Shown here piece after piece: positions 24,339 to 36,600 of a stretch of DNA of 47,837 nt. Both the position numbers and the translations under genes were made by a program. Under the pieces are notes generated by a model. That model was not told where the DNA came from. It saw only the letters and a list, made by a program, of their open reading frames with translations, and ran no database searches. Numbering within the stretch: the first letter of the stretch is position 1; each line of letters starts with the position of its first letter. The stretch covers positions 1-47,837 of the forward strand of contig LWCA01000144.1 of assembly GCA_001642005.1 (NCBI GenBank), read 5' to 3'. The stretch is from Intoshia linei (Eukaryota > Animalia > Orthonectida).

Positions 24339-26206
24339 CTAGGTTGACTGTTATGTACTACGTACAAACAGGACCTAGCTTTGTCGAAGGCACATTTTTA
24401 TTATACATAAAAAATAAATTCACGTTGAAAATGTAATTTAAAAATCCTACTATTGACTATTATCAATCCTTTAAAGGAGTAGTTTCCAAATTTGGGCCAG
24501 GTGGAATCATCATATCACATTACTTTTTACTTTAAAGTGAATTATTCCATCTTAATTTTTTGTTTGTTAACATTTGTGTAAAAGAATTTTTAAAACAATT
24601 TTTATCTCATTTTTTTATAATTAAAAATATACTTTATTAATATAAAAAAATCTATGCTATCCGAATCTATTAAATATATACAATGAAAAAAAGTACAGAT
24701 ATAATTTATGTATATTTCGTATAATATTATAATTGCAATTAAAATGATATTAATTAACTTGTGCATAAAACAACGGGTTAAATTGCAATAGATAGTACAT
24801 TTTAAATATTAATTCATTCATAAGGTTAATAAAAGTATATGCAAATGTGTATTGATATAATTATAAAAAATGAATTATTATAATTCTGTTCTGCTATACT
24901 AGTCCAGTACAATTACTAATTGATCAACGACCTTAATATAAAGATTTATTTCATTACGGAATTTTGACATTTATTTAACAAATGGAAACACACAACAGAA
25001 ATAAGGATTGGTATGTTGAATTCCCTAATAAAACTATTATGTCGTTTTTAAGTGGTTTTAGTTTCGTATTTACAAAATTTTAAATATAGTAATAATTTTC
25101 TATAAAATTTTAACTATAAATTCTGTCATAAATACAATTTTGGGGCGAATTTATTGTAAAATTACTAATTTTTTATTCACAAATTCTTACTAAAATTCGT
25201 TAAAGTTTAATATTTGTGTATTATCATAATCTGGATATGGCCAAAGACTACTGTATACAAATATATATTATTATTGGTTTAAGCTGTTTTTGATATGGCC
25301 CGTGTAGGACCGGACAAGAAAACTCGCGTACGGCAATTTTGCGGGTACAAAAATTTTAACAATATTGCAAAAGATTGTAATAAATATAAAAATGATAATA
25401 ACTAAGTTGTATTACTTTTAGTAATTCGTTTGCGTAGTTTTAATTAAAACTTTGAACAAAATGTTTTGAAAATTAGAATTTGACATTTAAAAAATTGCGT
25501 AGCAATGAAAAAAATTCCGAAGTAATGGATTATATAGATTTTATAACATATCTCTTTATTGGACATGTGTAGACGTTCAATGCACCTTTTATTTTAAAAT
25601 TGTAGGATAATTTTTCATTTTCAATGTTTATTTTAAAATATTTGAAAAATCATGGTTGAAAATATGTTAAAAATTATTTTTTATTAGGAATGCGTAGATT
25701 TCTGGGGTTCAAATTTTGTATTTATATGAATTTGAATAAGCTCTGTCAGATTAATTTTTTTTTTAATTTTTGGAAATTTGATTATTTAACATTTTTTGTT
25801 TTAATAAAATATTTCGGGAAAAAATATATGAATATTAAAATGTTTTTTTGACCGTGAAGTCGTCACTTATTCGGATTGAAATTTTCTGTGTGTGTTAACA
25901 TGATACAACTGTATCACCTGTAAATTTCTTGAAATTCTAGGGCTTTTTCCATTAAAAAAAAATGTAATTTGGGGTTTTGGCCCTAAAGATATATTTTTTT
26001 AAATTTTCGAATTTGTTTGATTTTCAAAGAAAGGACAATTGGGCTTTTTGACCCGTAAGACGTCAGTTTGGGAGGTTGAAATTTTTTTTGCTAACACCCC
26101 TGGAAAAAACTGTAATTAATATGTGGACTTTATAAAAATCTAAATTTGGTAGTTATTGAAATAAACAAAAACACACACACAGAGACAAACAAAGCATATT
26201 ATATAA
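24339..26206 (-). mobile_element. Helitron copy E, interrupted
   Basis: CTAG and hairpin at 24339-24379; family sequence to about 24610, resuming about 25345-26206. The 5' end is cut by the TGTCAGTA-rich element. Confidence 0.75.
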
Positions 26207-26840
26207 AGGCGTGCATTTATCGTGTCAGTATTTTTCTTATTGATTTGTCAGCATTGGGGATAGTTTGTCAGTAGAAATATTGATTTTTCAGTATTGTAGA
26301 TGGTTTGTCAGTATTTTAGGTGCCAATTGACAAGGTTTCAGTATAAATAATTGATTGTCAGTATTTAAATTGAATGTTTGGTATAAAATGAAACTGACAA
26401 AAAATTTTATTTCATAAAAAAATATTCTCTGGTGTGAACACCATAGAATATTTCAAATTTTTGTATTAATATGGTTTGTAGGTATAATATGGTATCTTAA
26501 TATTTTAGTTTTAACTTGGGTCTGTAGTGGATGATATATTATTTCAAAAACTAGATTTTTAATTTTTATACTGACACTCCAAAATCATCAAACTTACAAT
26601 TTAATTTTTTTACTGACAAAATATTATTTTATAAAATTTGTTTATTTCTATATATTTTTTTGTTTAGTTACTTATAATTTTCGATGAATACTGATCTAGT
26701 TAATATATTTGCTGACAAAATACTTTTTATTACTGATATTTTAGTGTCTATACTGACAATTTTATATTGTAAAATACAGAAAATAATTTTTTAAAAAATG
26801 TCAGTATTTTAATTAAATACTGAAAAATTAATTACTCCAT
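26207..26840 (+). repeat. TGTCAGTA-rich dispersed element
   Basis: Begins AGGCGTGCATTTATCGTGTCAGTA; many TGTCAGTA/TACTGACA motifs in both orientations. Other copies at 15585-16272 (inverted) and about 31640-31900. Confidence 0.8.
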
Positions 26841-27684
26841 TTTATAAGGAAGATAATTTTTATCAATGAATAACTGTTCCAATCTGTATTAATTTACTTC
26901 ACGATCTTACCCAATGAAAAATTATAATTTTTATGAACTTATAAGAACTTTAAACATTGATAAATAATAAATAATCTACTACTGGAAAGAGTAATAGTTA
27001 AAATAACTTTTTCTGTTGTTGTAGGATCTACAGGTTAGGTTAATTAGGTGCTAATTTTGAAGCTGAAACAAAATTTCAGTTTTTTTGACAATATTGATGA
27101 TTTCTTGACATTAAGTAATTTTGTATATTGATTACATAAGAAATATTATATACAGTAAAATATATTTTATATTATTATTTTTCGAAATATGAAACACGCT
27201 ATTGTGTATAAGTATAAGTTTCATCAAATGTGAATCAAACCAACAAAGATAGTGATGCAAACATTAGATTAGATTTATAATTGTATAATATTTATTTGTA
27301 TCACAATTATAATATTGTAAAATACAAGAAAATTGAAATTATGATTGAGCTGTAAAGTTGATATTTTTATAGTTTATATTTTTTTACTTTTTGTCTTTTT
27401 ATCTCTTGTTTAATACAGAGGCTTATTGAATTATGAAAATAAAGTATTTAGATTATCTTTTCTTTCAGGCGAAATTAATTAATCACTAATGTATATAAAT
27501 TAAGTTATTAATGTTACGCGTATTTCTAGAATTTACTTTATAACATATTTATGTCATGATTTTTAGAAGTTTATTCAAAAATTGTACACATTCTCATACT
27601 CATTCTTTCACGTTTACTCTTTGATAATTATCAAATATTATAATAATTATAATAAAATTAACTACTTATATATTACTCATTTAG

Positions 27685-30600
27685 TCACAATCGAATTAAA
27701 TACGCTAGAAAATATGTGAGAAAATCTAAACCAAGGAAAGCTACTTTCTTACGGCATTTTTTTGAAGATTCCAAGATAAGTAAGAATAATCTAAATGTGA
27801 ATTATCAATATTAAATATTTAAGACTGGACAATTCAATGGATTACATTATGTTTAGCAATCCTCTCTTGTTTTCTTTATACCACCAATTTTAATATTTAT
27901 CCTAAGAAATCCACACAATGGTAATTTTAAGCATCCATCTTTTCGCTTTAAAGTTATCAATACATTGTAACGTATTTTATATTAACCTAAATCTAATCTG
28001 AATCCATATAATTTGGTTGAGCTTACGTTTAAAACCTTTTTTTAATAGATATAATTATTTTTTTTCTAAAATTTTTTTTCACTAGTAAACTGCTACTAAC
28101 CGTAACTTTTTTCAATCATTTATTTTAATATATTTATATAGTATGGTATAGTGTTTATATATGTAATATATAGCAATGATGCATAAATGTGACACCCTAA
28201 TGTAGTGGTCCCGATTTGAATAGTGTACGGAGTCCGTACTACGGATAACATACCTGAAAACACTCACTCTCTTATTTGTATAAATAATAATATTTTTACC
28301 TTTTTTAATACTTTATGTTTAGTGTTGAAACTTTTTTTTATGGGTGTCTAAACAGCACGAGTTATTCAGAAGATTCAATTAAATGGTAAAAATGTTAATT
28401 TTGAATAGTAGTAGTCCAGTGTGATTGTTTTTGAAATTTAAAAATGGCATGCATTTTAAATAATCCCCATTTAATTTTCTTTGGAATAAAGGGTATATTT
28501 GTTAATTTGATCCAATACTACTCCTACAAATAAGATAAAAAATATAGATTTTAAAATTCAAAATAATTTAATATGGAATACTACATAATGTATATATATC
28601 ATATTATTAGTATTATATTATTATTATAGATAGGATATAATAATATGTAGCATGTAGTCAAAATATTAAATATAATGTTTATATATTAGGTTAAATCTAA
28701 TTTGGATAAGTCGACCATTTTGGTTATGGCTCACACAAATCTTGATTAGTTTTGTTTTAGTTATCGAATTTATTCTGCATATGATAGGAATTTATGGGGT
28801 ATTTATAGATATTACATATATGGGATAAATATTATATAATACATATTAAATATTTTTAAATTTTAGCAAGGTAGAATTGTTGCACATTTTAGAATGAAGA
28901 TTAGATTTTAAATTTTTGACATTGCAATTTACGATGGAACGATCACAATGAAAACATTATGAGATACTATGTTTTTTTGATTATGATTTAACTGTTTTGT
29001 TAACTATTATAATTTTTAACACACAAAAACGTTTAATTTTGCAGTTTTAAAAGTGTTTTTCTGAAAAATTTTTGCATAGACAAGAATTTATAAATATGAA
29101 TTTTTGTAAAAAAACTTAAATCTTATCGCAGACATCAGGGTGAGTACCAAGAATGCATTGAAATATCGATTTCAATAAATTATTAATTATCAATTTAGAA
29201 ATATAGTCTATTTGAAAAATTGCCTTATTTAATTTTTTTGATTTGCTCATGTATTCCATACATACTTACGGTAATTTATTGTTCGATGATGCATTCTTTT
29301 TAATTCCAGACTTTAGAATCCAGAGTTACTAAAAATTGACTAGCTACAGATTCCTAAATAATAATATTTTCTTAATATTATCTAAATCTAAGAAATATAT
29401 AAAAAGTGTATTCATTTTTTTCATAAGTTTATCGATTTTTGAAAAGACTGAAACTCACTACAAAGTAAAATGAGTCGTTTATTTTCATACATTTATTAGT
29501 CAATAAACTGTATACACTGTACACAATAACTCACAATAACACAACAATACACTATATATTATACAGTCATTACTGTTTTAATTATATTTAGTCAACATGA
29601 ATACGCCACATAATGAACTTTTTTTTATGTGAAAATAATTTTCAACATTTACAATGATTTAAATCAGTGGTTCTCAACCTTTTTTTATAATTCTTCTACC
29701 AATCATTACTTCATTTATGACCAAATTTTAATTTATACTATTATGTTGTAATTTTGTCCATATCTGTAAATTATCCATATTACAGTCACTTATCCTATTT
29801 TAAAGTTAAATATTTTACTTTTTACTTGTTTATGAATCAATATTTCGATAATAACGGATAAAATGAAACTAAAATAATCCCCCTCCCCAAATTAGCTCTT
29901 TTTATAAAGTTCCTTATAATTGAATTGGAATGAACACTAATAAAATTAGGTACCATTCAATTTCATATTGAACAGGGTTGAATATATTATTGTAATTAAT
30001 AATTGTAACTATATTAAACACTGTCGATTTAAATAATTATCAATTATAATTAACATAATTAAATAAATTTTAGTTATGCAATTTCAAATTACGAAATATT
30101 TGTAATGATTTATATAAATTTATAATAATTTATGTTAATAGATATACCAACTTTTATGAATTGCTGGATATGTTTAATTATTTTTAAAAAGTTATTGGTT
30201 AAATTTTAATAATATAAATATAATATCCATTTTTAGCAAAGCACCCATACAACTCAAACGCAAATATCGAATTTAGGAAGAAGTTTTGGTTTTTTAATAA
30301 TGATGCTAATTTGTATGGTATATACCAGGTGTTATTAATATCTTTATATTAATAAGGCTTTAATAGTGCATCAGGCGTACAACATTTGCAATTAGGTGGA
30401 AAAAGTCAGTTTACTACACTAGATTCGATATGGTTTACGATAGTAACAATGAGTACTGTGGGTTACGGAGATATTTCTCCGGATATTTGGCCAAGTAAAA
30501 TGTTTGTCATTGGAATCATTATTGCAATGTTACTCATTTTACCACAAAAAGTATGTATTTTTATTGGAACCCTAGAACGGATACAAACGAATCAATTACA

Positions 30601-33600
30601 TTTTAAATTTGAACGGTGGCTATAGGTGGGGCCAAGTAAAAAATGTGAGATTTAATGTTAATTTTTAGTTTATTTTTATTTTGCAAGAAGTTTCAAATCC
30701 ATGGTAGTTTTTTTAAAAATTTTGATTACCTTCTGAAACATCATTTTTATAATAAAATCAATTATTTCACTACCCATGCGTTCCGTGGACCACACATATA
30801 AAATAATTATATTATATTTTTATATTTTTTTTAATTTGTTCCAGTTTATTGAAGAAAGTAAGGGGAGTTGAGTTTTAAAAATATTCTTATAACAATTTTT
30901 TTATAGAGTGATGTTTTGTCGCAAATTTAAATTTCAGCCATTGAGTGCTTAAAAGTTAAAAACCCAAATTGTCATTTGTTTTTAAATTCAAACCTGTCCT
31001 ATAATTATAAAAATTACATTCAAATGAAAAGTTTTAAATTCATCAATATTATGATAATTTTTCAATTTCAAACTCTTGTATCTTTGCGATCAAAATCTCA
31101 AATAACCCTTTTTTGTAAAAATTAAGAAAGTCTTATGAAATATATAAAAAAATAAGAAAAATAAAATATAATTATCTTCGGGAAGGTAACTCTAATTTTG
31201 ATTTTTAAATAAGGACAGGGGATAGTCAGTGCGGATCGTTTAGGATTTCATTTATTAATCTAATACATCTACAATCTAGATCAGGGGTTCCCAAACTATT
31301 TTGTACTACGTCGTATAATATGTATTTAAAATTGGGTGTCTACTTAAATCCAACCATTTTTACTAAAAATTAAAATTTACCAACACTAATAAGAAAAATT
31401 CAGTTTTAACAACCTTTAAATGAAAAATACAGTTTTACCAATCTTAAAAGGAAAAAATTCCAGTTTTACCAACCATAAACTGAAAAATTTCCGTTTTACC
31501 AACACTAAAAGGAAAATTCTAGTTTTACCAACCTTTAAGGGAAAAATCAAGTTTTACAGAATTGCGGAGTATCCCATAAAAACAATATCACAAACAAAAC
31601 AAAATAAAGTTCTCAAATAGAAAGATTATCGATAAACAAGTTATTTGTCAGTAGAAATATTGAATTTTTAGTTGATATAATGCATTGTCAGTGTTTTAGG
31701 TTCCAGTTGACAAGGTGTCAGTATAACTAATGGATTTTCAGTATTTAAATTCTCATAAAAAATATTGTCTGGTCTGAACACCATAGAATATTTTTAATTT
31801 TTTTGTAATATGGTTTGTAAGTATAATATGGTATTTTAATATTTCAGTTTTAACTTGGGTCTGTAGTGGATAATATAACTCAAAAACAAAAACTCGATTT
31901 TTCCATTAAAGGTTGGTAAAATTGAGATTTTTTCTTAGGGGTTTGTAAAAGTGGATTTTTCCCTTAAAGGTTGGTAAAACTGGAATTTTCTCTAAAGGGT
32001 TTTTAAAATTGGGATTTTTAGTAAAAATGGTTGGATTTTAGTAAAAATGGTTGAGTTTAATAATATTCTTTTTAAAATTTTACTTAATAATTATTAATTA
32101 ACTAAATATTTTTTTGATTCAACGGATTATGAGATATTTCCGAATTTGATATTAAATATTAATGAAAATTATATATTTATTACTCTGTCACTGTTTATGT
32201 CAGTAGATCCCAAAATTGCTATAAACATCTCACCTTAAAACCAAAAAACTCATCAACGCCTCACTTTATATATATTTTTTATAATCGCTCCTCTAAGGTG
32301 ATATCGCCCACTTTGGAAACCCCTGATCTACATTACATATGATATTTAAAATATAATAAGTTGGTATTACCTTTAGATTCAAAATCTAAACAATATTTGG
32401 ATAGAAAAGCAAAAATCGGGCGGATCATACTCTAGTTGGTTTAATAATCCGCATGTCGTTATAGTGTCAACTGGGATATCAACAAAACTTATTAATGATT
32501 TTCTCATTGAATTTTATTCATATGAAAATCTTAGAGTAATTTTACATTGATACCAACTTGACTTTTATAATAAAGCATCCGTACTATCAATATTCTTTTT
32601 GAACATTGATATACCTGTATAAAACTAATTTGTGAATTAAATTAATTTTAGAATTATTCAATTGCCATATTGTGCCCAGAAGAACTAGATTTATCAACAA
32701 AAAATTTGTTAAAAATGTCTACATGGAATGATAAATTGTTTTACTTGCAAGGATCTCCATTAAATCAGTATGATTTATTGAGGTGTAGGTAATTTTTTAT
32801 TTTGTTGTTATTTATTATATATTTTTATAATAAAACATTTGTTTTAATTTATATTATTCAATTTCAGCATCGATTCAGCTAAGGCTTGTTTTTTGTTCAT
32901 TGATAGAAATTCTAGCGATAGAATGGCTTGTGTACGATTATGTTTGCAATATATTAAAAAAAATTAATTTATTTACATTGCAGTAATGTTACATTAGATT
33001 ACATTATATAGATGTAGTATATTATTTTTTGAAATAATTTAAATTTTCATTATATTTCTCTTGTAACATTTTATGAAGGAGGATTTTGCTCTTTATGTTA
33101 GTAAAAAGCAAAAATTTCATTTGTTTTTATATATGTCGTATAGAATGTGTAAAACTGTCCAATATACACATTCTATGGTAAGTTTTAGAATGTATCCATT
33201 TCATAGATAAGTCGTAGAATGTGTAAAATTTTCATTTATATTTTAATTTTGTGTTTTAGAAATATTTTTGAAACAAATTTAAAGGGCATTTTTTAGAATT
33301 TTTTTTAAAACCAAATTTCAAGAGTCTTTTTAAGTTTTTTTTCAACCAAAAATTCTAGGGTGTTTTTAATATTTTTTTTGAACGAAACTTTCAATGGGGT
33401 TTTTAAGATTTTTTTTAAGCAAACGGTCAACAGGGGTTTCTTAGAAATTTTTTTTAAACCAAACTTTAAGGGGGTTTTAAGGAATTTTTTTTTAACCAAA
33501 TTTTAAGGTTGTCTTTTAGTTTTGTTTAAAAATAAAATTCTAAAATGTGTAAAACTTTCATTTATATTTTAGTTTAATTTTGGGTTTTAGTAATTTTTTT

Positions 33601-36600
33601 TGAACCGCCCCTTCAAATTTGGTTTACAAACAAAAATCTTAAAACCCCCTTAAAGTTATATATAATACATTAATATAGCAAATTATAATACATTACTTCA
33701 TATGTAAATTTAGGACAAAGAAACAATTTTACATTCGTGGGCTATTTATGATTTTTCACCTAGTTGTGTTCAATATGTTCAATTGTTTTTAATGGAAAAT
33801 AAGGTTCATGTTTTGTTTGCAAGTAATTACATAATAAATATTCATCCAACATTTTGAATTATATGGATGCATAGTCCCTTAGCTCTAGCCCTTATGGTCT
33901 ATTTTCTATTTTATCAAAATAAATAAGTTTTTTCATTATTCTTAAATGACTTAGAAATATTTAAAAGCATAATACTGAGAAATCAATATTTCCAAGTTTT
34001 AAGGAAAAAATGAATCTGCTATCAATGCTTTATATAATTCGAAATAATAAAGGTTTTGCAAGAAACAAAATCTTATTTGAAAAGCTGATCACCATAAAAA
34101 CATTCATATTCAAAATTACTTTAGAATACGTAGTATGTGAAGAAGAATTTATATTATCAATATTGGCGAATAATGTATTATTTCCAAGTATGTCTACGAT
34201 ATTTTCCCTTTTGATGCATACATTAACCGGAGAGTAATATAATATATTATATTGATATATGCTAATTACAGTGTATCTATTATATTAATTAGTAATTTCG
34301 TCTTAGCGAAGAAGGAATAGATGATTGGACTGCAGAGTATAACTTGGGTGGCGGAAATGAAATATACTCAAATGATGTATCATCAACATCCCCTTTTTAT
34401 AGATATGTTGGAATGTCATTCAATTCCTCTACGGCTGATGCATTTATAAGGTTATCTATTTTAAAATTTAACTATTATTAATAATTATTAAAAAAAATAT
34501 TATCTTTGTGCTGTATCTATGGTACACTCTTTTTGGGGTTGATAGCCATTTTCTTAACATACAACTTAATATATTGAATTAAGTAAGTTAAGCTTCGTTA
34601 TTTTGACTTTTAAAACATTTTAAATTTATTATGTCTACTTATAATTATAGACCCATATTATACACCCTTAAAATTGAGTTGTAGTTAAATTTAAAAAACT
34701 ATTACATTATTAATTAAATTTTTAATAAAACTAAATTTTGGGACCTACATAAAAAAGTTTATCATATATACGGGTACAAAAGTAATATCTAAGTAAAATT
34801 TTTTTGAATAAAAGTCAGTAATAATTTTTTTATATCATGTGACATGTGACATGATTCAGATCTAATTTCTATGAGAAAATTAAAAATGCTGTGCTCACTT
34901 CAAAACAAAATTAGAAAGAAAAATTGTTTTATAATATGAAATATCTTAATGTACATGTATAATATATATTGTATATGTATTATCGAAAATTAAATTTTAA
35001 TTCTAACTAACAAAGACTTTTTTACATAGTCTAAAGTCTATCAAAGTTTAATGTACAATCGATTCTATCCATATTAGCATATTTTTTTTAAAAGATGCTT
35101 AATTTTATTTTAAAAATTTGGAAAATATTGAATGATAAGAATGTAATATTTTTTTTCCAGTCTGAAGGGTCAATTTATAAAATAAAATTTGTTTTTTTCA
35201 TAATTAATAATGCCATTTTGTCGGCCTGTGACTTTGAAGCTTTCGAAATAAAATAATAACTTTAAATATATATTTTTATTATGTATATATTTAAACAAAC
35301 AATATTATGACACCTTCAATCCACTGTCTTCATTATATAGTTCTAAAAAGTATGTCAATGACATTCTAAACACTGTGTACGAGTGTTGTGAACATCATTG
35401 ACGCAGATGGAAAGCACTCTATACATTTATATATACATTGATTGAATTTTTCAAATCGGCGTGCAGGAATGTGTCCGGACTTTATGGCGCATGACACGTC
35501 GAGGTTACTTCCCACATGCCACTATACCCTTGTTCGGGCCCTATAAAAATCAACAATAATATATAATTATACAATTATATACAAAATAATTCAAAGTGAT
35601 AAATATTATAACAATTATATACAACATAATTAAACAAATAACTCAGAAAACTTAAATAAGCTCTACCCTGACATTAGTTATTCTATTAAATGACCTTGAT
35701 AATTTTCCATCGATAGTTGAATCAAAAAATCTTATATTTTAAGTAATGAGAAACGCACTAAGACGTAGAACCTTATGAGATGAAATAAATTAACAATAAG
35801 GTTAGTAATATGAGAAAGCATATAACATTTATATTTATATTTATTTTTACTATAATTGACTTAAACATTGCATTTTCTATACTTGAGGATCATATTTTAA
35901 TTTTCATATTAAATTTTATAAAAATTTCCATTTTAAGGTATAATTTAACAATGATAGCAATTGGAAAAGAAAACAACGAATCGATATGTATTAATCCAGG
36001 ATCAAATCGGATTGTTGAAGAAAATGACAAAATTTATTATATAAATCTGTTTAAATTAGACCAACTTTCGTCCTCTTTTTATGTCACTAATGGTAAATTT
36101 TTGTTTTTATATTTATTTATTAATTGTTATTATTAATGGTAATAATGCTCATTAATCTAACTAACTAATCATTAAAGTATTTTATCATATATTACATGAT
36201 AATCATCATAATTATAATGTTAGTTAGGTTTCAATTTAAGTAATTATTCATTTAGATCGTGATGATTACATTGGAGTCGAAGATAATAATAATTTAGTAG
36301 AATTAAAAGAAACTACCGATCTAGCTAAAGGAATTTCTACTTATTTTTCAAGGTAATTTTTCCGCTGAAATTTGAATATAAATACATTTATATCAATCCC
36401 TTTATTTCAGAGGTATAACCATAACATCTATACTAAGCGCACTTGTTTCTTTGATAGGCGTGATACTCTAATGTGCATAAGATATACAGATTACATTAAA
36501 TGCAATTACTATTATTATTAATTTGTAAGATTAGCAAATTTTGAATTCGCATTTAGAGACGAAAATGTAGGTATCCCACCGCACAACTACTTCAATGCTT

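Noticed and set aside
31360-33520. CRISPR-like arrays (31-bp and 37-bp repeats)
   Set aside because: Units are degenerate and contiguous with no unique spacers, there are no cas genes, and the context is a eukaryotic intron.
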